Virus record (IMG/VR): IMGVR_UViG_3300039918_000009
Span: 1 to 32,263 of that record
DNA from: a virus
Lineage: Duplodnaviria > Caudoviricetes
Length of the DNA stretch: 32,263 bases
Strand: one strand, 5' to 3'
Below the pieces are notes generated by a model. The model worked only from the letters and a program-made list of their open reading frames with translations. It was not told the DNA's origin and made no database searches. The position numbers and the translations under genes are program-made. Of this stretch, positions 1 through 8,114 are shown one piece after another (positions within the stretch are counted from its first letter, which is position 1; each line of letters opens with the position of its first letter).

Positions 1-576
1 GAAACAGAATAAAATCTAAAATAATATTTTTATGATTTACAGATATTTATTTTTTATTTAAATCAAAAACAAAAATATATTACATTACGATATAAGAAAT
101 TTTTAATTCTGAAAGATGCTAATCGAGATATTTTGGAAAATTTCCACGGGTCGATTTGCAAGAACAACTTCAACTCCATCCTTGCCGACTACTATCCAAT
201 GCCCGGATCTTGGGCGCAGGTCGACGGGCTGAAAGGCGGCCTGTCGCGCTCGGTCAAGGGCTAGGTGAACCGCCAAGGGAAGGCAAAGAACGCCGCGGTG
301 TGCCAACAGACAGCGACACGCTGGACCACGCGAAGCTGGGCGAGATTGACTATGTGAGGAAGGGCATTCGCACGAGAGCACTACGAATGTCAGGCGCGGG
401 CTTTGACGTCGAAGCGCTGCAGATGGTCGGCGCGTATGCCGATAGGTCGAGGACCAAGGGATAGATTAAGCAGCACGACGTGCCGCTCTCTCGGTCATGA
501 AATTGACGCCGCCTGCCGCGTGATATTGGACACTGTCCAACATCCGGGATTAGAAAACGGGAATCAGAAAAGACGA

Positions 577-606
577 AGCCCGCACAACCTAGTGATTGTG
601 CGGGCT
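577..606 (-). terminator. Rho-independent terminator downstream of the tRNA-Pro 3' end (host side)
   Basis: Perfect 11-bp inverted repeat AGCCCGCACAA/TTGTGCGGGCT, followed on the minus strand by TCGTCTTTTC; 5 nt from the tRNA CCA end. Confidence 0.8.
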
Positions 607-611
607 ATATC

Positions 612-657
<46 letters not shown>

Positions 658-676
658 TATCGACATTTTCCATTCG

Positions 677-689
677 CATCAATACCTTA
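677..689 (+). promoter_or_regulatory. Possible IHF site in the phage att arm
   Basis: CATCAATACCTTA matches WATCAANNNNTTR except at position 1; about 20 bp inside the att core. Confidence 0.4.
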
Positions 690-832
690 CATGGATTCCT
701 CTAACTTGCTGCGTAAACTTTACGCACGGTTGCATGCGCGTTTCCGGTTGGTTTTGGGGCCAAGTTAGAAGGCGGATTCCAGGTCGGGAGTACAATCTGA
801 ACCCCAATCCGTACTTGGAGCCGGCTTCACCA

Positions 833-1708
833 ATGCCCCATATCTCCGACAGTTCTGCAGACGACCTCATCCGCTTTGTCTCCAAAGTAGTATTCGGACG
901 CCATGCCGTGGCGCTTCTGGCATTCCTGGTGATCTGCAGCGCCGCTGGCGCTTACCTGATGCCAGCGCCCGCCAAGACATGGTTTGCCTCGGCCATGATC
1001 CGCATCGGCCATGCCGGCGACACCAAAGATCCGTTGCTCGACCCGCAGGCTGTTCGCCAGCGCGTGCTGTTCCGTGGCTTTGTTCTGGAGGCAATGAAGG
1101 CAGCCGGGATGCCGACTGACGTGGAGACAGACGAGACGGCCAGAATGGCTGTGCGCTCGTTCAGCGTGGTGCAGAAAGGCCCGAACAACGACACCCCGAC
1201 TGTCGAGATCCGCGTCCAGGCCAAAGACCCGGAGACCGCCAAGAAGATCATTGCCTCGGCTGTCAGCGTCCTGGTAGCTGAGCACAAGCCGGCGATCACC
1301 GCTTACGAAACCCGGGTGCGTAACGAAATCGACAGCCTGAAAGAGGCGGCCGCGACCAACGAAACGCAGCGCCGCCAGCTGATGAACGCGGTCAACGCCA
1401 AAGGCCCGAACAAGGAAGTCAGCAAGGGCGTGACCCTGGCGGACAAGCTCCAGATCGTGGACGTGGACGGCCGGCGTCTGGCAAAGCAGCAAGAAATGCT
1501 GCAGGAACAACTCGACCCGACGCGCACCTTCCAGACTGCACAGGTGGGCGAGATGGTGGTGTCCGACATGTTCTTCGGCCCGAGCCGCGCATGGGGCGCC
1601 TTGACCGGCTTCTTCATGGGCGTCTTCGCCTACGTGGTGTTCCTGCTGGTGACCAGCGGTGAACTGCGCCACGCCATCAACCGGGCTCGCGGCTACGGCC
1701 ATGCTTGA
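833..1708 (+). CDS. wzz: Wzz-like polysaccharide co-polymerase / O-antigen chain-length determinant (291 aa)
   Basis: N-terminal TM (AVALLAFLVICSAAGAYLM) followed by W-x-A-x-A-x-I-x-IG; periplasmic coiled-coil region (RVRNEIDSLKEAAATNETQRRQLM); Pro/Gly motif before a C-terminal TM (GPSRAWGALTGFFMGVFAYVVFLLV). ATG at 833 with GGAG upstream; coupled to the wzy-like gene. Confidence 0.7.
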   Translation: MPHISDSSADDLIRFVSKVVFGRHAVALLAFLVICSAAGAYLMPAPAKTWFASAMIRIGHAGDTKDPLLDPQAVRQRVLFRGFVLEAMKAAGMPTDVETDETARMAVRSFSVVQKGPNNDTPTVEIRVQAKDPETAKKIIASAVSVLVAEHKPAITAYETRVRNEIDSLKEAAATNETQRRQLMNAVNAKGPNKEVSKGVTLADKLQIVDVDGRRLAKQQEMLQEQLDPTRTFQTAQVGEMVVSDMFFGPSRAWGALTGFFMGVFAYVVFLLVTSGELRHAINRARGYGHA

Positions 1709-3035
1709 AAAGTCTCTTTCCGTCGTCTACAGCCTGATGATTCTCGGGCAGGCTGCCGTCCTGCGCGCCTACATTGGGACGTGGATTGCGCCGGCCTGCC
1801 TGTGGGGCCTGTTCTGGTTCATGTTCACGTTCGTGCCGCTGGTTGCGCTCTGGGACGTGCCGGTCAATCCAAGCGCCGTGGGGTACCTGCTGGTTGCCAG
1901 CACCCTGTTTTCGCTGACCGCCCTGCCCTTCAGCTGGAGGCGCGCTTTCCGCCTGCGCCGCGAGAACCCGGTAGCCATCGACTACGGCAGCCCGTTCATG
2001 CTGAACGCGTTCTATGTGGTCAGCGTGGTGGCAATCCTGAGCCTACTGATTGACCTGTGGATTCAGGGCGTGACGGTGATGGATGCCGTTCTCAGCCCGA
2101 TGCAGGTGGCCGCCCGGATGATCGACCTGCGCTACTCCGACGCCTTGGTGCCGAACATCTTCTCGAAGCTGAGCTTTGCCACGCAGTACCCGGCGGCGAT
2201 CATCGGCGGCTTTATCTACGTCAGCCGCCCGCCCGGCACCAAGCGCGCCCGCATCCTGCTGCTCACCTTCCTGCCGTCGGTGTTGGGGATGATCCTGCTG
2301 GGCGCCAAGGGCACGCTATTTCAGGCGTTCTCGTTCTACTGGGGCGGCATCCTGCTCTGGAAGGTGCAGCAAGGCGACCTGCGCATTTTGCCGCGGGAGG
2401 AACTGCGCAAGCTTGTGCCGTACGTGGGACTGGTGCTCGTGCTGCTGACGGTATCGCTGCTGTCCCGATTCGTCGGCAATGCCGGCGCGGTGATCGTCGA
2501 AGGCCTGCAGCGGCTGTTCGCCTCGTACGTGACGGCGCACCTCTACGGCTTCTCGGACTGGTTCAGCTACGTCACCGGCGCACCCTACACGCAGTATTAC
2601 TTCGACCTGCACAACAGCGACGCGCTCTACACCTTCACGCCGATCGCTAGGCTGCTGGGGGATACGACCGTCCTGCCGCCCGGCACGTACGACGAATATT
2701 TCACATATGAAGGCCTGTTCCAGACCAACATCTACACGATGTTCCGGGGGCTGGTGATCGACTTCGGGATGTGGGGATCGCTGGTGTTCATGGTGCTGTT
2801 CGGCGCCGCGATGCACCTAGCGTATTGGGTGTTCCTGGTGTCGCGCTATCCGGCCATGTCAGCGTCGATCTTCATCCACTCGGTGGGCTACTTCTACAGC
2901 TCGTTCATGATCAGCCTGCTGACCTACAACAGCATCTACCTGAGCGTGGTGGTCGTCGCGCTGGTGCTGTTCGGGAACCGGATCGCGGCGCTGCAGCTTC
3001 AACGCGCGGGACTGAGCGCGTCGATCAGGGCCTGA
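1701..3035 (+). CDS. wzy: Wzy-like O-antigen / oligosaccharide repeat-unit polymerase (444 aa)
   Basis: About 11-12 hydrophobic segments with two larger loops; motif TNIYTMFRGLVIDFGMWG typical of repeat-unit polymerases. The ATG overlaps the wzz stop (ATGCTTGA). Confidence 0.8.
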   Translation: MLEKSLSVVYSLMILGQAAVLRAYIGTWIAPACLWGLFWFMFTFVPLVALWDVPVNPSAVGYLLVASTLFSLTALPFSWRRAFRLRRENPVAIDYGSPFMLNAFYVVSVVAILSLLIDLWIQGVTVMDAVLSPMQVAARMIDLRYSDALVPNIFSKLSFATQYPAAIIGGFIYVSRPPGTKRARILLLTFLPSVLGMILLGAKGTLFQAFSFYWGGILLWKVQQGDLRILPREELRKLVPYVGLVLVLLTVSLLSRFVGNAGAVIVEGLQRLFASYVTAHLYGFSDWFSYVTGAPYTQYYFDLHNSDALYTFTPIARLLGDTTVLPPGTYDEYFTYEGLFQTNIYTMFRGLVIDFGMWGSLVFMVLFGAAMHLAYWVFLVSRYPAMSASIFIHSVGYFYSSFMISLLTYNSIYLSVVVVALVLFGNRIAALQLQRAGLSASIRA

Positions 3036-3226
3036 TGGCGGTCTCGGCATTCGCCCCCCTGCCGCTGCAGATCAAGGGCGAACTGCCGGAGATCCGCCAG
3101 CGTCGGCCCCGTTGGCGTTTCCAGCACTGACGGGCACGGCTGCGCCGTTTGCAATGGCGGCATTGTCCCGGTAGATTTGCATCCAGTCATCGCCAGTGCG
3201 GCAATCAGGAATATCAGGCGTCGCAT
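2999..3226 (-). CDS. o-spanin (Rz1-like lipoprotein)
   Basis: Lipoprotein signal MRRLIFLIAALAMTG-C, Pro-rich mature part with further Cys; starts inside the Rz-like gene in another frame. Confidence 0.8.
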   Translation of the reverse strand: MRRLIFLIAALAMTGCKSTGTMPPLQTAQPCPSVLETPTGPTLADLRQFALDLQRQGGECRDRHQALIDALSPAR

Positions 3227-3464
3227 TCTTTGCTACCTCGATGGTCTTGGTGATGGTCCGGTACCGGATTTCCTTCTCGTCTCGCGCCTTCAAATACAGG
3301 CCGTAGGCCACGTCAGCGTTGTCCTTCCATTGCTGCAGGTCGGCCGCCGCATCTGCTGCGGCGATTTTTTTTCCATCATGCCGGCCGACCAGATAGCCGC
3401 CGGCGCCAGTCAGCACCATCGCCAGAATGACAGCGCCCCACACACGCGGATCGAGCCAGGTCAT
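3072..3464 (-). CDS. i-spanin (Rz-like), 130 aa
   Basis: Starts MTWLDPRVWGAVILAMVLTGAGGYLVG (N-terminal TM), then a helical periplasmic part with Cys; ATGA overlap with the upstream gene; lysis cassette position. Confidence 0.8.
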   Translation of the reverse strand: MTWLDPRVWGAVILAMVLTGAGGYLVGRHDGKKIAAADAAADLQQWKDNADVAYGLYLKARDEKEIRYRTITKTIEVAKNATPDIPDCRTGDDWMQIYRDNAAIANGAAVPVSAGNANGADAGGSPAVRP

Positions 3465-3721
3465 GCGTGCCGCCTCCGGATCAGGTGGCGCAGTTCCAGC
3501 CGCCAGACGCCCCACAGAACGCCCAGCGCCACGGCTGCATTGAGCATCACCTCGGGGTCGCTGTGGCAGACGTGCGGAGCCGTCATGTTGCCCAGCGCCG
3601 CAAAGGCAACTGTTGCCAGCACGATAGATCCCCCGGTGCGGGTGGGTACCTTCTGCGTGTACAGCGCCCAGAATGTCCCGAGGAAGATGATGGCATTCGC
3701 CACCAGGTTGAGGGTCAGCAT
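3461..3721 (-). CDS. Holin/antiholin-like 3-TM membrane protein (86 aa)
   Basis: Three hydrophobic segments and a basic C-terminus (IRRRHA); lies between holin and spanins. Confidence 0.6.
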   Translation of the reverse strand: MLTLNLVANAIIFLGTFWALYTQKVPTRTGGSIVLATVAFAALGNMTAPHVCHSDPEVMLNAAVALGVLWGVWRLELRHLIRRRHA

Positions 3722-3724
3722 GTA

Positions 3725-4030
3725 TCAGCTCCCAAGGATGCGACGGCGCGCGGCCTGCAGCCATTCCGGGATCTGCTGCATGGCATTGATCGCCAGCGCA
3801 TACCCGAAGGCCGTGGCCGTGGCCACCGCAAGCACGGCAGTCCAGCTGTTCAGTTCGAGCTTGAAATACTCGATGGCAGACATGCCGATGATTGCGCCGA
3901 GGGCAATGCTCAGGACAAAAGACCCCGCGCGCTGCCACCTGTTCCCCGGAAGGTTTCGAAGCGACAAGAGGCCGCCTACGATAATGCCCGCCCCCAACTT
4001 CAGCCACGTGGTTTGGTCATCGGTAATCAT
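3725..4030 (-). CDS. Putative holin (101 aa)
   Basis: Three TM segments, basic C-terminal tail (ARRRILGS), directly downstream of the endolysin with ATGA overlap. Confidence 0.65.
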   Translation of the reverse strand: MITDDQTTWLKLGAGIIVGGLLSLRNLPGNRWQRAGSFVLSIALGAIIGMSAIEYFKLELNSWTAVLAVATATAFGYALAINAMQQIPEWLQAARRRILGS

Positions 4031-4536
4031 GGTTGGACCCCTTCATTACCCCCGTGGAGCAGGTACTGCGCCCGGAGAGTTTCGTAAGAATGTTCGAACT
4101 GCCCGTACCCGGCGCCTGGCAGGCTGGCCCACTCCAGGCGGCACTTGGCCAGAGCTGGGCGTAGCCGGCCCGCGATGATGTCGCCCAACGCGCCGCGCCG
4201 CTTGATCAGATAGACGGCAACCCGGTCCTGCGACTCCGGGCTGAAGTCGCGCACCCCGCATGCCTTGCTCGCCCAGTCCCACGTGTCCGTCTTGATCCAG
4301 TTGGGCACGGCGGCCATGATCTGGTACCGCCCTGCAGCATCGCTCCAGCCCCACCGCGTCATGATGGGCAGACGCGGATGCTTGTCGTAGCCGCGGAATA
4401 GTGAGCCGCCCACGTTGACGTTGTACCCATCGTCGCTTTCGGCAACCGTGGCCGTGCCTTCGCTGTAGCCGATCACGTCGAGAAAAGCGGCCATGTTCTG
4501 GCCGCCTGTGAGAAGGTCTGCGGATGTGCGTGGCAT
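4027..4536 (-). CDS. Endolysin, lambda R-like lytic transglycosylase (GH104-type)
   Basis: Motifs AFLDVIGYSEGT, AAGRYQ, DFSPESQD, EWASLPGAGYGQ. Confidence 0.92.
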   Translation of the reverse strand: MPRTSADLLTGGQNMAAFLDVIGYSEGTATVAESDDGYNVNVGGSLFRGYDKHPRLPIMTRWGWSDAAGRYQIMAAVPNWIKTDTWDWASKACGVRDFSPESQDRVAVYLIKRRGALGDIIAGRLRPALAKCRLEWASLPGAGYGQFEHSYETLRAQYLLHGGNEGVQP

Positions 4537-4537
4537 G

Positions 4538-5500
4538 TCAGCGGATCCGGCGGGCGCGGATCGTGCCGGTAACGGTCATCGTGCTCACGCCGAATCCAGA
4601 CAAGCCAATGAGGTAGACGGTCGTCGTGCTGGACAGGCTAAAGCGCTGCGTCGGCACCGCACCGCTCTGCGTGCCGCCAGTGGTCATTGAACCCTGGAAG
4701 TTCCACCACATTTCGCCGGCCGCCGGAAGCGTGGCCGAGGTAGACCCCACTGCACACGTGACCTGTGTGAGCGTGGTGGTCACACCAGGATTGAAGCGGC
4801 AGCCGGCTGACACATCCCAGTCGCCAGCCGTGAGCGAGATGCTAGTGACGTTGGCTGCGACATTGTTCGTCAGAGATACGTTGGTACCGGTAGCGGTGAC
4901 GTATTCCCCGAAACTACCAGCGTTGGCATTGTCGTTCGTCTTCGTGCCGACGATGCCAGCAGTGGTGGATGGCGTGATTGTGCTGGTGAAGGCCGTGGCG
5001 CCGCTGAATGTCGGCGTACCGCTGAAGGTGCCAGACAGCGCCGCACCGGCAATCGTTGGGGTGGTCAGGGACGGCGAGGTGCCGAACACGGCCAGACCGC
5101 TGCCGGTCTCGTCCGACAGCACACCCAGCAGCTGCGCCGATGTGGTGGCGGCGAACTGCGACAGGTTGCCGGTGGTCAGCGCCCGTCCGGTACCACACGT
5201 CAGACCGGTGCCGCTGGTCCACAGCAACGCATTGTTAGCGCCGCTGCAGCTCGGCACCGCGAATGCCGTGGGCGCCGCCGTCGAGCCAGTCGCGTTGGCG
5301 ATCACGGTGTTGGCGGCCACCGGCCCCAGCGACGCAGGAGGCACCGCGCCCCATGCCGGCGGCGTGCTCGGCCCGGTGGACACGATCGCCTGGCCAGCCG
5401 TGGATCCGGCGGGATTCAGCAGGGAGACTGGCGACAGCGTCGCGGCGGTGGCGAGCGTGGCCAGCAAGCTCGCGGAGATAAAGGTGAGGATCTTACGCAT
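4538..5500 (-). CDS. Thr/Gly/Ser-rich beta-rich protein with Sec-type signal peptide (320 aa), tail-fibre/adhesin-like, function unknown
   Basis: Start MRKILTFISASLLATLATA-A with AGGA RBS; fibre-like repeats (TFSGTPTFSG); C-terminal beta-sandwich-like domain (SLTAGDWDVSA ... GTIRARRIR). Confidence 0.65.
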   Translation of the reverse strand: MRKILTFISASLLATLATAATLSPVSLLNPAGSTAGQAIVSTGPSTPPAWGAVPPASLGPVAANTVIANATGSTAAPTAFAVPSCSGANNALLWTSGTGLTCGTGRALTTGNLSQFAATTSAQLLGVLSDETGSGLAVFGTSPSLTTPTIAGAALSGTFSGTPTFSGATAFTSTITPSTTAGIVGTKTNDNANAGSFGEYVTATGTNVSLTNNVAANVTSISLTAGDWDVSAGCRFNPGVTTTLTQVTCAVGSTSATLPAAGEMWWNFQGSMTTGGTQSGAVPTQRFSLSSTTTVYLIGLSGFGVSTMTVTGTIRARRIR

Positions 5501-5516
5501 GTGGGTTCCTTGGTAG

Positions 5517-8054
5517 TTACGAAGCGGTCCATCCGTCGCTGCGAGACGTGCATGCCCAGGCGGTGTTGCCGAAGGACCGCACTGAGAAGCTGCGGCCAAT
5601 GTCGGCGCCGTTCGTGGCCACCAGCGATGTCTTGGCCGCACCATCACCGGTGTAAAGCTGGCCAACCGCCGCGGCATCGACGCGAGCACTGCCGCTGGCC
5701 GTCTTGACGAACTTGAACGACACGCCCGCCGTGATCGGATTCGGCAGCGTGACCACGGCGCCGGCGTTCAGGAAGAACGTCTTGCCGGTGTCGGCGTTGG
5801 TCAGGCCCAGCGCGCCGGCCACCTGCTGGGTTCCCTCGCCCGTGATCTCCACCTGGTCGTTCAGATTGGAGAACTTTCCGACCGAGAAGTCGCGCGACTT
5901 GGCGTACGCGATGCGCCCAGAGATCAGGCTGCTGCCGTCAGCGCAACGGTATGAGGTCGTCACCCCGGCGCCGAAGCGATCGTTGCGCAGGTCGACGTGT
6001 AGCGTGTCCACCTGGCTCACGAGGTTGATAGCCACGCTGCAGTTGTCGAACCGATTGTTGTCCGTGCTGATGCTGCCTTGCAGGAACGTCCAGCCGTCAG
6101 GCGATGCCGTATTGTTCGACGCGAAATGCAGATGCCCTGAGAACGTGCCAGCCTTCGCAAACTCACCGAAGGTGCAGTCCTCAATGCTGCCCTGCGAGTC
6201 CAGAATACGGGCCCACTCGGTGGTTGGAGCGGCGCCAGACGAGGACTGGAACGTGCAGGTCTTCATCGAGAAGCCGTCCATGTTCTTCACGTTCAGGCAG
6301 CGGGTCGGGCCAACGTTGATTGGGTTGAAGCCAACTGTCTGCAGCTTCACCGAAATCGATGTTTTCGCACCGTCCGCGCGGATATGTGCATCGGTGAAGT
6401 CGTAGAACCAGCAGTTCGTCGCCGTGATGCCATTGCCCAGCCAGCCGCTGCCGCCGGCCGCATCATCGAAATACCAGCCGAGCGCGCCGCCGTGGAACAC
6501 GCACTTGTCGAAGCCACCTACCTCGTATTCATTGAAGCGGATCAACCACGCCGCCGACGTGACGGTCGTGGCCAAGCTGAAGTTGAAGCTGCCGAAGTAG
6601 ACGTCTTCGAACTTCCAGCCCACGGTTGTGAGTAGATCGACCAGCCCGCCAACGAAACCGGAGTTGTCGTAGCAGAGGTCGAGGCCACGCATCTGAAAGC
6701 CGCGCGCGCCGTTGCCGTCCACCCGCAGCACATAGGCGCCGGTCGTGCCCTTGTACAGCAGCACGGTGTTGCCGCGGTTGGAGCCGCTGGCGCCGCGCGA
6801 GCCATTGCCTTCGATGATCAGCCCGTGATCCTGGGTGAAGTTCAGCGCGCTGGCATTGATACAGAAAACGCCGTTACCCAGCTTGATCTTGCCGGTTGCG
6901 TAGCACGTGACCATCGTGTGGGCGGCATCGCCCTTGTCGATTAGTTTCGGGTTCTTACGCAGCGACTGGATAGCAGCGAGCAGAGCATTCGTGTTGGCTG
7001 TTGCGTGCGCCGGGTCGCCGCTACCCCGCATGCCGAACTGTTCTCCGCGAAGCACGTCTGTGTAGACGAGTTTCCAGCGGGCGCCATCGGTAGCAACAAT
7101 GATCGAGCCGCCGTTATCCGGCGACGTCGTGTCGGTCGCATCGAGGTAGTAGAAGCCGCCACCACCGTCGCCAACCGCGTAGTAGCCGTTCACAAAAGCG
7201 CGCTGATAGCGCATTTTGTCGAGACCGCGCAGAGCCGCGATGGTGTCGACGTGGCGCGCCAGCGTGTTTCCGTAGATCAGCTGGTCATCACCGACAGAAT
7301 CGTCAGGCGGGATCAGGGTCGACAGCGTCGTGCCGATGTAGCCCCAAACACGCGTGACGTCGACAGGCACGCCGCCAGGAATATTCAATGTTTGGCCAAC
7401 CACATTCCACTGCGAGAAGTCTTGGCCAAAGCCATCGAAGTAGACCTCAAGATTGGCCGGGGCGCCTGGAGCGCGTGGGAGTGTGAGCGATGTGGCGCCG
7501 GGCGCGAAATCTACGCCAGAGACCAACGAGTACGGCAGCATGTCGCCAGCGCCGATCGAGGCAGGCATTGGCACCATGATCGGCGCGCCGTTGACCGGGT
7601 CATACCCCTGCAGCATGCCGAGCCGCGCGGACTTCTGCGGCAGTGTGCCGTCAGTGCTTTCGGTCAGCGGGAAATGCAGTGCATTGAAGAACGTGCGGCC
7701 GAGACGTTGCACCAGCATCGTGAGTTTGTCGAGCGCCTTCTCATGCTCGGCTGCCGGGAACGGGTCGTTGGCCTGATATGCGGTTTCCTGAGTTGCCGGT
7801 GGGTCGCGATCGATCAGCAGCCGCTTGCCTACGGGCGTTGGGGTCAGGATGCGGGTTACGGCTCCGCCTGCAGGGTTCCCGGCTCCTGCCACGGTGTAAT
7901 CGACGTCGAGTGTCAATAACGTTTCCGTTCCATCAACATTCACCTCCGACACGATGAGGTCGGTGTTTTGCAGGAAATAGAACGGAACCGTCGACGTCAA
8001 CGAAACACCGTCGCCATCGTAGGAAACCTGAGACTGCTCGCTGGAAATGGTCAT
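5517..8054 (-). CDS. Tailspike / receptor-binding protein with predicted right-handed beta-helix depolymerase (845 aa)
   Basis: Podovirus fibre anchor N-terminus (YDGDGV...VPFYFL...HEKALDKLTML); tailspike motif GYYAVGDGGGGFYYLD...DNGGSIIVATDGARWK; FGMRGSGD...NTNALLAAI start of a pectin-lyase-like helix. Confidence 0.85.
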   Translation of the reverse strand: MTISSEQSQVSYDGDGVSLTSTVPFYFLQNTDLIVSEVNVDGTETLLTLDVDYTVAGAGNPAGGAVTRILTPTPVGKRLLIDRDPPATQETAYQANDPFPAAEHEKALDKLTMLVQRLGRTFFNALHFPLTESTDGTLPQKSARLGMLQGYDPVNGAPIMVPMPASIGAGDMLPYSLVSGVDFAPGATSLTLPRAPGAPANLEVYFDGFGQDFSQWNVVGQTLNIPGGVPVDVTRVWGYIGTTLSTLIPPDDSVGDDQLIYGNTLARHVDTIAALRGLDKMRYQRAFVNGYYAVGDGGGGFYYLDATDTTSPDNGGSIIVATDGARWKLVYTDVLRGEQFGMRGSGDPAHATANTNALLAAIQSLRKNPKLIDKGDAAHTMVTCYATGKIKLGNGVFCINASALNFTQDHGLIIEGNGSRGASGSNRGNTVLLYKGTTGAYVLRVDGNGARGFQMRGLDLCYDNSGFVGGLVDLLTTVGWKFEDVYFGSFNFSLATTVTSAAWLIRFNEYEVGGFDKCVFHGGALGWYFDDAAGGSGWLGNGITATNCWFYDFTDAHIRADGAKTSISVKLQTVGFNPINVGPTRCLNVKNMDGFSMKTCTFQSSSGAAPTTEWARILDSQGSIEDCTFGEFAKAGTFSGHLHFASNNTASPDGWTFLQGSISTDNNRFDNCSVAINLVSQVDTLHVDLRNDRFGAGVTTSYRCADGSSLISGRIAYAKSRDFSVGKFSNLNDQVEITGEGTQQVAGALGLTNADTGKTFFLNAGAVVTLPNPITAGVSFKFVKTASGSARVDAAAVGQLYTGDGAAKTSLVATNGADIGRSFSVRSFGNTAWACTSRSDGWTAS

Positions 8055-8096
8055 GTGCGCGCCTTTCTTGGACTGCGCACATGGTCTGCGTGACGA

Positions 8097-8113
8097 ATCG
8101 GACTGTTGTCCGT
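8097..8113 (-). promoter_or_regulatory. 17-bp motif, copy 1 (candidate late promoter/activator site) upstream of the tailspike
   Basis: ATCGGACTGTTGTCCGT, identical to 24021-24037; internal dyad CGGAC-N4-GTCCG; intergenic. Confidence 0.65.
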
Positions 8114-8114
8114 A

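Noticed and set aside
691-768. 25-aa ORF MDSSNLLRKLYARLHARFRLVLGPS as an Iap-like inhibitor
   Set aside because: No TM helix, no RBS, and it lies in the att arm.
3465-4007. Upstream part of the 311-aa ORF 3072..4007
   Set aside because: Overlaps two holin-like genes out of frame; the i-spanin starts at 3464.
4538-8054. BPP-1-type diversity-generating retroelement at the tail locus
   Set aside because: No reverse transcriptase, avd or VR/TR repeat pair seen; receptor binding appears to use a tailspike.
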